A stretch of DNA of 64,000 nt from Legionella sp. Its GTDB lineage: Bacteria > Pseudomonadota > Gammaproteobacteria > Legionellales > Legionellaceae. Of this stretch, positions 1 to 11,271 are shown one piece after another. How positions within the stretch are numbered: position 1 is the stretch's first letter; each line of letters opens with the position of its first letter. The translations under genes were made by a program, and so were the position numbers. A model generated the notes under the pieces. It had not been told where the DNA came from. It worked only from the letters and a program-made list of their open reading frames with translations, and made no database searches. The stretch is from assembly GCA_013911415.1 (NCBI GenBank), contig JACETI010000008.1, positions 31,556 through 95,555 on the forward strand. The letters are read 5' to 3'.

Positions 1-1164
1 AAAGTTATTATTAATGCATTAACCCCTTTACTCTTGTCGGCAGTTTGCGCATCAGCATTTGCATCTCCCGACGGTGCACACCGGAAAATGTATCCTCTTT
101 ACCGAATTAAACCAAATACGCCTTCATATGCACCCAGTGGCTATTCTCCAGTACAAATCCGCAAAGCCTATGGTTTCACAAAATTAAAAGCGCAAGGCGA
201 AGGTCAAGTCATTGCTATTATTGATGCATTTGACAATCCAAATGCCGAATCAGACTTGAACGTTTTTAGCAGCACCTTTGGGTTACCTTCTTGCACGACT
301 GCAAACGGTTGTTTTGAGAAAGTATATGCAAGTGGCACTAAACCCTCACCAAGCAAAGGATGGGGAACAGAAATCGCCCTCGATATTCAATGGGCCCATG
401 CAACTGCCCCTAAAGCGAAAATCATGCTTGTCGAAGCGGCTAATAGCTATACTGACTCACTCAACACTGCTATCAAAGTTGCAATTGAAAAAGGGGCAAC
501 GGTAGTATCCATGAGTTATGGTGGCAGTGAATTTTCTTCCGAATCTGTCTACGATAAAATGTATCAAGTCAGTGGCGTGGAATTTGTTGCTTCCGCTGGA
601 GATGGTGGCACCGGCGTCATTTGCCCTGCATGCTCGCCTTATGTGTTAGCTGTTGGCGGAACCTCTCTAAAGGTCGATACATCGGGTAATTATCTCAGTG
701 AAAGCGCATGGGCTGGTAGTGGTGGTGGTTTAAGTGCTTATCAACCCCAGCCCGCTTATCAAAAAGGTTTCCCTATCCCAGAGAATACCACTAATAAACG
801 TGGCGTGCCGGATGTCGCTTACAACGCCAATCCCAACACTGGATTCTCCGTTTATAATACTTACCAAAATCCTGGATGGCTCGTCATTGGGGGTACTAGC
901 GCTGGTGCACCGCAGTGGGCAGGGGTCTTAGCCGTTGCAAAATCTGCAAGTCCTACAAAGCTAGAAAATATGCATGCACTGATCTACAACATTGCTCGTC
1001 TACACTACAGTAACACTTTCAACGATATCACAACGGGAACGAATGGCTCCTGTGGTTACTATTGTTCTGCTCAAGTGGGTTACGACTATGTCACAGGTCT
1101 TGGCACACCTAAAGTAGATGCGCTCGTTGATTTTATAGCAACCGGCGGTCTTGATAGAAAATAA
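1..1164 (+). CDS. Secreted sedolisin-like (MEROPS S53) serine peptidase; 5' end runs off the window
   Basis: Frame 1 is open from nt 1 (KVIINALTPLLLSAVCASAFA|SPDG looks like the tail of a signal peptide), so the TTG at 34 is probably not the true start. Catalytic-domain hallmarks: IAIIDAFDNP, GTEIALDIQWAHATAPKAKI (E-x-x-x-D of sedolisins), GGTSAGAPQWAG (nucleophile Ser). Confidence 0.65.
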   Translation, partial: KVIINALTPLLLSAVCASAFASPDGAHRKMYPLYRIKPNTPSYAPSGYSPVQIRKAYGFTKLKAQGEGQVIAIIDAFDNPNAESDLNVFSSTFGLPSCTTANGCFEKVYASGTKPSPSKGWGTEIALDIQWAHATAPKAKIMLVEAANSYTDSLNTAIKVAIEKGATVVSMSYGGSEFSSESVYDKMYQVSGVEFVASAGDGGTGVICPACSPYVLAVGGTSLKVDTSGNYLSESAWAGSGGGLSAYQPQPAYQKGFPIPENTTNKRGVPDVAYNANPNTGFSVYNTYQNPGWLVIGGTSAGAPQWAGVLAVAKSASPTKLENMHALIYNIARLHYSNTFNDITTGTNGSCGYYCSAQVGYDYVTGLGTPKVDALVDFIATGGLDRK

Positions 1165-1175
1165 TAATGCATCAT

Positions 1176-1207
1176 CACTGCAAAATGCACACAAGCATTT
1201 TGCAGTG
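1176..1207. terminator. Perfect 13-bp stem hairpin between convergent genes (possible bidirectional terminator)
   Basis: CACTGCAAAATGC-ACACAA-GCATTTTGCAGTG, 12 nt after the peptidase stop and upstream of the dapB stop on the other strand. There is no clear U-tract on either side. Confidence 0.45.
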
Positions 1208-1260
1208 AACTACCCTAGAAATCTTTTAAGCACCGTGATTAAGTACTTAAAAAAGAATCA

Positions 1261-2034
1261 TTACAAGGCGTGTTCTAAACCGCAATAAAGTCCATCGAGC
1301 TGCCTTACACGTTTACAAGCTAAAATCACCCCTGGCATAAAGGCTGCTCTTTCCGTGCTGTTATGTGTGAGAGTAAACGTTTCCCCTGGGCTTCCAAAAA
1401 TAACTTCTTGACGCGCAAGAATCCCTGATAAACGTAATGCATGAATGGGAATGCCCTCATATTCTCCTCCACGAACACCTTTAACAGTTTCTTGAGATGA
1501 AAGAGGTGCTAAATCAGTTGAGTGAGCAACTAGCGTGTCGATACCTGCAGACTTATCTTGCTTTAAGGCTTCGGCAATCATTTCAGCCGTGCGAAGCGCT
1601 GTTCCTGAAGGTGCATCAAATTTCTGAGGATGATGGTATTCGATTATCGCTACATCCTTAAGATAACGTGCAGCCTCTGCTGCAAAACGCATCATTAACA
1701 TGACACCTAGAGAAAAATTGGGAACAATCAAACCACCCAGCTTCTGTTCTTGGCAAAAAGCCTGCAAATTTTTTATTTCTGCAGGCAATAAGCCGCTGGT
1801 GCCGATAACTGGGTGCGCACCACTTTCTATAATCGCCAAACTATTTTTATACACACTATCAGCTCGCGTTAAATCCAGTACGATATCGGCGCGTTGGTCC
1901 TTAATAATCTTTCGTAAATTATCCCCACGGTTTAATGATGCTACAACCTCAAAATCAGCATGCTCATTTAATACATCGCAAGCTAAACGACCCATTTTTC
2001 CCTTTGCACCGTTCACGATGATTCGATTTTGCAC
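1261..2034 (-). CDS. dapB: 4-hydroxy-tetrahydrodipicolinate reductase
   Basis: N-terminal Rossmann motif IIVNGAKGKMGR, the EYHHPQKFDAPSGTA signature typical of DapB, length 257 aa, GTG start. Confidence 0.9.
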   Translation of the reverse strand: MQNRIIVNGAKGKMGRLACDVLNEHADFEVVASLNRGDNLRKIIKDQRADIVLDLTRADSVYKNSLAIIESGAHPVIGTSGLLPAEIKNLQAFCQEQKLGGLIVPNFSLGVMLMMRFAAEAARYLKDVAIIEYHHPQKFDAPSGTALRTAEMIAEALKQDKSAGIDTLVAHSTDLAPLSSQETVKGVRGGEYEGIPIHALRLSGILARQEVIFGSPGETFTLTHNSTERAAFMPGVILACKRVRQLDGLYCGLEHAL

Positions 2035-2035
2035 A

Positions 2036-2257
2036 TTATTCTCCAGCGTTTTTTCCTTTGCTGTTCTTTATCGGCTCGGCTTGCGGTTGCTCTTTTTGAT
2101 TGGCAACACGTAATGCCCAGATACTTGCTGGAATCCAACCAATTACGGTCGCTTGCAATACAAGTGCGACCATTGCTCCACCCGGGTTGTCATCTAATAA
2201 TAAAATGACCCAGGGAAATAAAATGGCTAACAATGACCAAAAAAAACGTTTTATCAT
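2036..2257 (-). CDS. Small two-TM membrane protein, YqaE/Pmp3-like
   Basis: 73 aa. LLAILFPWVILLL...GGAMVALVLQATVIGWIPASIWAL resembles the E. coli YqaE layout (IILPPLGVLL...LLTLLGYIPGLIHAF). Its stop abuts the dapB start, so the two are probably co-transcribed. Confidence 0.5.
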   Translation of the reverse strand: MIKRFFWSLLAILFPWVILLLDDNPGGAMVALVLQATVIGWIPASIWALRVANQKEQPQAEPIKNSKGKNAGE

Positions 2258-2385
2258 ATAGAGACCTCATCGCCTAACTATCTCTAGCAAAGTATAGTTC
2301 ATTCTGCAAGGTAACTCTCCGTCACGTTGAGATACGCTAGCATGATAAACAAAATTATTGTATCTTAAGAATTATTTTTGGGATA

Positions 2386-3030
2386 ATGCTAGCAAGGTGG
2401 TTCATGAGAAGGCAAGTACTTCATCCTCGTACAGCAGCGCTTAATCAAAAACAAAAAATAGCTTCTAAACAATCGCGCCTATCAGTTTTACGATGGCTCG
2501 CCTCAGAATTTCCCTATGCTTTTGATAATAGCGTAAAAATTCGCCCTCTAAAAATCGGCATCATTAACGATATCTTAGATTACTCTGAAAAAGCTTCGGC
2601 AGCTGGAATTTCCAAAGCGAAGTTACGCGAGGCCGTCGTCGTCTTTACCCGACGCATCGATTACCTTTCTTGTTTAAAAGCAAAGGAGATGCGGGTCGAT
2701 CTTCATGGCCAACCTGTAGCTCGCGTCACTGAAGAAGAAGCAGAAAATGCTGCTTTAAAGATTAAAAAACGTGTGGAAAAAAGCATTCGCAATGCGCGAA
2801 AATTGCTTACAAACAAAGCGCTCCCCCAAATTCGACCGCTCAATGAACGAGGCAATGCATACACAGATAATCAGCGCATCACTGAAGGTGCCTCCAATCC
2901 ACATGCTAATTCTGCAAAAGCACCTCTCATTCGACATAAAACAATACGGAGTTTCGATCCCGATACAGTTGCTCGCTTAAAAGAAAAGTTAGGCCTATCT
3001 CGGGCATCTGTACCTGAAACGATTGAATAG
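2386..3030 (+). CDS. ProQ/FinO-domain RNA chaperone (RocC-like)
   Basis: LRWLASEFPYAFDNSVKIRPLKIGIINDILDY...ISKAKLREAVVVFTRRIDYLSCL is the conserved FinO-domain core. It is followed by a basic, low-complexity C-terminal extension. Confidence 0.75.
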   Translation: MLARWFMRRQVLHPRTAALNQKQKIASKQSRLSVLRWLASEFPYAFDNSVKIRPLKIGIINDILDYSEKASAAGISKAKLREAVVVFTRRIDYLSCLKAKEMRVDLHGQPVARVTEEEAENAALKIKKRVEKSIRNARKLLTNKALPQIRPLNERGNAYTDNQRITEGASNPHANSAKAPLIRHKTIRSFDPDTVARLKEKLGLSRASVPETIE

Positions 3031-3048
3031 AGCAGCTGTCTTTAACCT

Positions 3049-4296
3049 ATGAAATATTATTCCTACTCCGAACAAAAAAAGAAAAAGTTTAAGCATTTTA
3101 TGCTTTATATTGCTGCGATTAGTCTAGGCTTACTGGCAGGTTATGCAAATATTCCTCTTTTGAAACCACTAGGCTTGCTTATTGCAGAAATTTTTATTCG
3201 TATTTTCAAATGCTTGAGCCTGCCGCTGATTGCACTTTCTATAATTGTAACCCTTGCTAATTTTCATACAGAGAAAATGTTGCAGCGTGTCTGGCGTTAT
3301 GCCCTTAGATACACCTTCGGCACTACCCTTGTTGCAGCCATTGTTAGTTGTTTACTCTACCTTTTAATTCAACCGCAATTAATTGAGGTACCAAAGCCCC
3401 ACTCTTTACCTGCAACGGGAGCTGAGCAATTTAATTATTTAAATTATTTAATGCAGCTCATTCCTTCGAACCCACTTTCTCCGTTTTTAGAAAATCAAGT
3501 TTTAGGCGTTATTCTCCTAAGCTTTGTCATCGGTATTGCGACTTGCTGCATCCCTGAGAAGGACGCCAAAGATACACTGATTCAATTTTTTAACAGTTTA
3601 CATCGATTATTAATGGTTATTACGCATTGGATTATTCGTTTTATTCCCATTGGCTTATTCGGATTCATTACCGTTACTGCTGCTAAATTTCAAGGTGGGG
3701 TAGTTTTTGGGGGCTTAGGTGAATACTTATCGGTAATCATTCTCGCAAATTTAATTCAAGGGCTCATTATCCTCCCTCTTTGGTTAAAATTCCATGGAGT
3801 AGCGCCTTTTACGGCCTTTAGAAACATGCTACCAGCACTGCAGGTTGCTTTTTTCTGCAAATCATCGGTCGCTACTTTACCCATTACCATTCGTGCTTCA
3901 GAAGAAAAATTATCCATTCACCCAAATATTAGCCGATTTGTCCTACCTCTATGTACAAGCTTGAACATGAATGGTTGTGCCGCCTTTATCTTTGTAACGG
4001 TCACCTACTTGATGCAAAATCATGGTATCCACATTGGTCTAACAACCATGGGGTTGTGGATACTGATTGCCACTTTAGCTGCCATCGGTAATGCAGGCGT
4101 TCCTATGGGGTGTTTTTTCCTAAGCGCAAGCTTGCTGACCAGCATGAATGTTCCCATTGCGCTCATGGGCATTATCTTGCCTTTCTACACCTTAATCGAC
4201 ATGTTAGAAACTGCTTTAAATGTATGGTCTGACATTTGTGTGACTAAAGTCGTTAATGATCAGGTTACAAAAGACATAGGCTTACAAAAACCGTAA
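3049..4296 (+). CDS. Dicarboxylate/amino acid:cation symporter (DAACS, GltP-like)
   Basis: 415 aa polytopic membrane protein. C-terminal half carries SVATLPITIR, CTSLNMNGCAAF and IGNAGVPMG, typical of the sodium:dicarboxylate symporter family. Confidence 0.8.
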   Translation: MKYYSYSEQKKKKFKHFMLYIAAISLGLLAGYANIPLLKPLGLLIAEIFIRIFKCLSLPLIALSIIVTLANFHTEKMLQRVWRYALRYTFGTTLVAAIVSCLLYLLIQPQLIEVPKPHSLPATGAEQFNYLNYLMQLIPSNPLSPFLENQVLGVILLSFVIGIATCCIPEKDAKDTLIQFFNSLHRLLMVITHWIIRFIPIGLFGFITVTAAKFQGGVVFGGLGEYLSVIILANLIQGLIILPLWLKFHGVAPFTAFRNMLPALQVAFFCKSSVATLPITIRASEEKLSIHPNISRFVLPLCTSLNMNGCAAFIFVTVTYLMQNHGIHIGLTTMGLWILIATLAAIGNAGVPMGCFFLSASLLTSMNVPIALMGIILPFYTLIDMLETALNVWSDICVTKVVNDQVTKDIGLQKP

Positions 4297-4387
4297 CCTA
4301 ACTTGTCGTTCTTGAATCTTTTAAAAATAGCATTGCGTTTGCCAAGTAGTCTGTTTAAAATCATCAAAAAAACAATAAACTCAAGTT

Positions 4388-6394
4388 ATGTTCACTAAAA
4401 CTTTTTTTTCCCTTACCGCAAAAAAAATCACCAAAAAAGAAGAAGATCTCAAGCAGAAAGAACTGTTAGAAATATTGGGTAGCAAACCTGTCTATTACAA
4501 TAAAGAAACAGCTTCTAGTTTTAACGAGAGCAAAGCACAATTTATCAAATTAATCACTTACGTGATTGATAAAACAAAAGATAAATACCCCATTTTTTCG
4601 CAATATAAGTCAAAAATTTCATCAGCAAGCCCAACGGGAAGTGAAGTTGATAAGGAAACCATACTAAACACCGCCAAAAAAACCCTCGAAGACAACTTTC
4701 TTTTCGTACTTAAGCATCCTATTGATCCATCGCTTCTCCAATCATATAGCGTGGAAAAATGCTCGCCCGGGGCCGCGTCTAATTTGCGTATGGCGCTTTT
4801 GCATTTTTCTGGAACAGAATATGAACGCGTTCTTTGTAACAGCAAAGAACTTCTTTTAAGAGCCTTGGCTCAGGATTTCACCCAGCACTTTATTTCCCCC
4901 TATCTAGGCAATGAAGTCCATTACGTGAATGCTTGTTTTAATTATTTAGCACCCCTATATGGCTGTGAAGTGCAAAATGACCTATTTGCTCCAAGCCAAC
5001 TTTCTGATGGACGTTTAAAAGCGCTAACTATGCACGTTCAAAAAAAATTCACCCTGGCAGCCTTTTTAGAAACTTTGCATCTCACATTACCTGCGCTTCC
5101 ACGCGAAGAATTTGATGCCAGTAATGCAAAACTATATAAAACGATACAAGAGTACGGTGAATTCATTCACCCGGGTAAATCCGAACTTACAGACGAATTG
5201 TACAAACTCTACGAATCCGATGAACAATCGTCGAAAAAAGGGAAAGTTCTTGCTTTTTCGATGAAAATGAAGCCAAAAAAAGATTTTGAAATCTATTTAA
5301 ATGCCGTATTAGCCATGGAGTTACAAGCCTCTAATCTTGTTGTTCTCCCTACCTTTTCAAAGGGAGCACATTATTTCTTTAATGGGACTCAATTATTCAC
5401 CATAGAAAAAGATGGATCGAAACGCTCCTATCAGCTTGCTCACACTATTTCTGAGGATCTGCAAGAGATTTTTTATGACCTGCTGATTAAATCTGATGAT
5501 AATACACCGCCCGAACTGCCTATCAAGACCCTAGTCGCTTACTTAAACAATACACAATTGTTTGCACTTTATTCAGCCACTACCAATGCAAAGCAATCTG
5601 AACTGCACGAATGTTGTTTATCACATATCATTCGTGAAAAGCTGAACGATAACAAGCTTCATAGTGACTTCTGCAACCTTCTTTTTGTTAACAAGCACCC
5701 TCCTTACTCAAATGAATTAAGATTATTTGCAAAAGACGGACTAAGCTATCGAAATCATTTAACTAAAGAACAATTAAATGCATTATTGACATACCTCATG
5801 GCACTAGGCGGATCAAGTGTTCTTCCCTGTCTGTACGAGGCTTGTATAAAAAATGTCGCCAATGCAGTGGACGTCATTATCGATGGTTATTACGATAATT
5901 GCGAGCAATTAAATGAGCCTATAGGGAATGATAAAAATACCCTGGTAATGCTCGCAGTGCGCAACAATGCCATTGATGCTTTAAAAGTTCTTGTTAAAAA
6001 AGGAGCAGACATTAATCAGAGAAATGTTCATGGCCTAGCCCCTCTGATTATCGCTATCCAGCACGGAGACAAACAAATTATAAAATACTTGCTTGATTCG
6101 AAAGTTGATTTACAGACCCCTTATTCGGCTGATGAACAAGCTTTTCATCATTTATTAAAGGGAAAACCCGAAGCAAGCAAAAAACGCTTGCTGAAATGGA
6201 TGCAAAAACAAGATCCACAGAGAAAACTTTCTATTCAACCCTATGAGCTGGCTGGAATTTTTGGCCATGACGATCTTAAAACACTATTACAACCTCCTCC
6301 ATCCGTATTAAACCCTAATCTCTTATTTGCTCCCTCCAGCAACAAACCAGAGCTAGCGAAAGATACAGTGGCTATTAGTGGAGCCAAATGCTAA
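4388..6394 (+). CDS. Orphan 668-aa protein with C-terminal ankyrin repeats (effector-like)
   Basis: Two clear ANK repeats at nt 5927-6127 (NDKNTLVMLAVRNNAIDALKVLVKKGADINQRN / VHGLAPLIIAIQHGDKQIIKYLLDSKVDLQTPY) plus a degenerate third. I recognise nothing in the N-terminal ~500 aa. AT-rich, flanked by AT-rich spacers and its own terminator. Confidence 0.7.
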   Translation: MFTKTFFSLTAKKITKKEEDLKQKELLEILGSKPVYYNKETASSFNESKAQFIKLITYVIDKTKDKYPIFSQYKSKISSASPTGSEVDKETILNTAKKTLEDNFLFVLKHPIDPSLLQSYSVEKCSPGAASNLRMALLHFSGTEYERVLCNSKELLLRALAQDFTQHFISPYLGNEVHYVNACFNYLAPLYGCEVQNDLFAPSQLSDGRLKALTMHVQKKFTLAAFLETLHLTLPALPREEFDASNAKLYKTIQEYGEFIHPGKSELTDELYKLYESDEQSSKKGKVLAFSMKMKPKKDFEIYLNAVLAMELQASNLVVLPTFSKGAHYFFNGTQLFTIEKDGSKRSYQLAHTISEDLQEIFYDLLIKSDDNTPPELPIKTLVAYLNNTQLFALYSATTNAKQSELHECCLSHIIREKLNDNKLHSDFCNLLFVNKHPPYSNELRLFAKDGLSYRNHLTKEQLNALLTYLMALGGSSVLPCLYEACIKNVANAVDVIIDGYYDNCEQLNEPIGNDKNTLVMLAVRNNAIDALKVLVKKGADINQRNVHGLAPLIIAIQHGDKQIIKYLLDSKVDLQTPYSADEQAFHHLLKGKPEASKKRLLKWMQKQDPQRKLSIQPYELAGIFGHDDLKTLLQPPPSVLNPNLLFAPSSNKPELAKDTVAISGAKC

Positions 6395-6417
6395 TACACA
6401 AAATATCTTTTATGCTC

Positions 6418-6464
6418 ATAATGAGTTTCAATATCTACGGATATTGATGCTCATTATCTTTTTT
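6418..6464 (+). terminator. Rho-independent terminator of the ankyrin gene
   Basis: ATAATGAG-TT-TCAATATC-TACG-GATATTGA-TG-CTCATTAT followed by CTTTTTT: two 8-bp helices with a small internal loop, then a T-run, 24 nt after the stop. Confidence 0.6.
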
Positions 6465-6754
6465 GAGAGTTCTTTGCTATTAAACTCCGGTAATATTTTC
6501 CCTTATTATCAACGGCTTGTTCATTTAATCTAACGATTGTTTCTCCCTATTAGTCAACGAATAATCGCTTCTGAATAAAATTTACTCAAAATACTATTTT
6601 AATTGTATTAATTTTGATAAAATAGTCTATTATATATAAGTATGAATTTAAAAGTTAACATAAATATAACTCGACTAAATATAATTGACAGATATTAATT
6701 GTTTTAAGCTTTATGTGTTTTTAACCAAAGAGAAGCGCTCTTAGGATAAAATTT

Positions 6755-9136
6755 ATGACTCAGAATGTGATTCCAAACAAAGCGTCTGTGACTTCAAACA
6801 GCGTTGATGAAAATTCTATTCAATCACTGACAAACCTGGAAAATGGTATTTTGACAAATGCCAATTGGAACAAGCAGTTCCTTAAAAGGATCCGGGCTCA
6901 TGAAGAAGAAGACTTATCTTTCAGCTTCGTTGATGTCGATCAGCAACCGGATCAAACGCTAAACGATCTAGATGATAATCTATCTTCAATGCAAGTCAAT
7001 AACCCTGAAAACGGGTTTGAAGTAAACCACCACCATTTCCAAGCCGAACAACAAGAAGATGATAGTTCAACCGGCGGTAAGACAACTGTTTTAGGTCCTA
7101 AGCGTGGGACACTGCAACCTAGAAAAAGTCTCTGGGTCAATACTACTAGTTTGCATGAGATTGCAGAAGAGAGCGATGTAAAACACTCTCAATCCCCCAC
7201 TTATAAGGAACAACCAAACCAACGAATCAAACAAAGAAAAGGATCTTTAGACACCTCGTTCGTAGAAGATTTGTCACTAGAAGATATGAACCATGGCCTG
7301 CCAGAGATTTCCAACGAACCAGAAACCCCTGAAAGCAAAAAAAGTCATATCTCGTCCGAGGAAAAAGAAAGGGTCGTTCAGTACCTTAAAGCTTTTGAAA
7401 GGTTTTTAACGACTGGCAACAATGACGGCATAAACGCCTCTAAAAAATATTACGATAAACGACATCAGGAATTTAAAAGAGCTTTTCACACCCCTTGGGC
7501 CAGTAAAGAAGAGCACGATCAAATGTTCAAGGAACTCTTTGATAGGCTCTTAGTCCCTACTAGCTTAAGAGAAGAACTTCTTAAAAAACCCGGCACAATC
7601 TATGAATTTATAAATGATTTGCGGGAATGTTTATACAGCTCTTCCAAACATTTTTTAATCTCCTATCTTCTCGGGCAACTGGCTAAACCTTTTGATTGGA
7701 AATGGATAGCGATTGTTGTTGCCGTCCTAACTGGCGCTATAGGCATCGCCGACTATTTCACTTCCCTTGCGACTTTGATGAAATTCGCTTTGCTTACGAA
7801 ATCATGGGTTACAGTCAATGTCTTAACAAACTTAAATTTAGGTATTATTGGTATTTTGACTACCACGATCACCACCTGCTATGAAATATATTGTATAGCA
7901 AAAGACCGTAAATTATCCTCAAACGCACATAATGACAATATATTTTTAGCTGTCTTACAAGGGTTCGTTAAATTGGCTCCGTATATTTTAAAATTGTCAG
8001 GGGTTATTTCCGTCGGATTTTTATTCAGCAGTTTATCTATCATCTCTTCAAGCATTAGCGCATGGAAAGAAAAAAATCATTATGACGACGCAATTCGCAA
8101 CATGAGAGATCTGTATAAAGATCTACGCCATGAATTACAAAAAACAGGAGAAGACAACCTGCCTTCCTCGCAAGATATCGACTTCTTCAAAACATCAGCG
8201 CCCATTGTCCAAGCGCAAAATAAAGCTATCCACCCCAAGCATGCAAGTTTATTGGCAATACAGCCCGGGCTTCAGCCATATGTTGCGATGGATTTATCAA
8301 AACAAATCCTTCGTATCTCTCTTGGAGCAACACAAACTCGCTGGGAAAAACACATTAATTTATTTGCTGCCATTACTACTATCGCGATTACGGCCACTGT
8401 CGCCTTAACAGGGGTAGGTGCCATCGGTTATGCTATGACACTCATGGTCATTGTCGGTAAGTCGATTGCGCTAAAGCGTGTTGCTCAAAAAACACTCACA
8501 AACTATCAGGAAAAGGCAAAACAGTATGAGGAGGGAGCCGATTTAAAAGCCGGAGCAGAAGCCATTTATTCCAAATGGGAAAAAGAATTAAACAAAGTTA
8601 AAGAGAAACCTAATCAGAGGTTACATCGTTACTTAGAAGGAACCGCTGCCTCGATCCATCAACAAACAGAAGATAAAAAAAATCGCTATGTTCAATCTTT
8701 AGGGGACTTAGATAAGCACGAGCGTGATCGATTAACGATTCCGGGAAAAAAACCTATAGGTTCATTAGAACCCATTGAACATAATGCCCTAACCCGTTCA
8801 AAAGGAGATACCGGTAAGGCTGCGCAACTTCCTGAAACTATGCAAAAGAATGATGACTTTAGTCATTTGCCAAAGAATAGAAGCCATTCGTTGTTCCCTG
8901 CAACCACGCATCGTCTGACTTATAAAGATCAAATGACAAAAGCGCCTGAAGATATTGAAACGACTGAAGCCTCTAACGTGCTAGCGCCTTCTGAAACATC
9001 CCAGAAAACAGAGACTGAGAAAAAGCCAGAAGCGCCAGGTTTATTCAAAGTGATCAAACTGCACAAAGTTCAGTGCTCTAAGGAACCCTCAAAAGAGCAA
9101 CAAGAGCAACAAGAGCAACAAAAAAAGGGGCCCTAA
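6755..9136 (+). CDS. Orphan 793-aa protein: acidic N-terminus, clustered TM helices, Lys/Glu-rich C-terminal half (Inc-like, effector-like)
   Basis: Hydrophobic helices WKWIAIVVAVLTGAIGIADYF, VNVLTNLNLGIIGILTTTITTCY, LAPYILKLSGVISVGFLFSSLSIISSSI, INLFAAITTIAITATVALTGVGAIGYAMTLMVIVG. C-terminus ...EPSKEQQEQQEQQKKGP. I recognise no enzymatic motif. Confidence 0.65.
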   Translation: MTQNVIPNKASVTSNSVDENSIQSLTNLENGILTNANWNKQFLKRIRAHEEEDLSFSFVDVDQQPDQTLNDLDDNLSSMQVNNPENGFEVNHHHFQAEQQEDDSSTGGKTTVLGPKRGTLQPRKSLWVNTTSLHEIAEESDVKHSQSPTYKEQPNQRIKQRKGSLDTSFVEDLSLEDMNHGLPEISNEPETPESKKSHISSEEKERVVQYLKAFERFLTTGNNDGINASKKYYDKRHQEFKRAFHTPWASKEEHDQMFKELFDRLLVPTSLREELLKKPGTIYEFINDLRECLYSSSKHFLISYLLGQLAKPFDWKWIAIVVAVLTGAIGIADYFTSLATLMKFALLTKSWVTVNVLTNLNLGIIGILTTTITTCYEIYCIAKDRKLSSNAHNDNIFLAVLQGFVKLAPYILKLSGVISVGFLFSSLSIISSSISAWKEKNHYDDAIRNMRDLYKDLRHELQKTGEDNLPSSQDIDFFKTSAPIVQAQNKAIHPKHASLLAIQPGLQPYVAMDLSKQILRISLGATQTRWEKHINLFAAITTIAITATVALTGVGAIGYAMTLMVIVGKSIALKRVAQKTLTNYQEKAKQYEEGADLKAGAEAIYSKWEKELNKVKEKPNQRLHRYLEGTAASIHQQTEDKKNRYVQSLGDLDKHERDRLTIPGKKPIGSLEPIEHNALTRSKGDTGKAAQLPETMQKNDDFSHLPKNRSHSLFPATTHRLTYKDQMTKAPEDIETTEASNVLAPSETSQKTETEKKPEAPGLFKVIKLHKVQCSKEPSKEQQEQQEQQKKGP
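9095..9121 (+). repeat. 3 x 9-bp perfect tandem repeat GAGCAACAA encoding (EQQ)3
   Basis: gagcaacaa gagcaacaa gagcaacaa read directly, 5 codons before the stop of the 793-aa ORF. Confidence 0.9.
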
Positions 9137-9173
9137 GAACAATAAACAGAGGCCTTGCCTCATATGTCCCTTT

Positions 9174-11243
<2,070 letters not shown>

Positions 11244-11271
11244 TCACGTCCTTACTTTGCTGCTAAATAAG

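Noticed and set aside
6690-6710. TTAAT/TTAAG pair upstream of the 793-aa gene, considered as a PmrA-type tandem site (TTAAT-N6-TTAAT).
   Set aside because: The start-to-start spacing is 9 rather than 11 nt, and the second repeat is imperfect.
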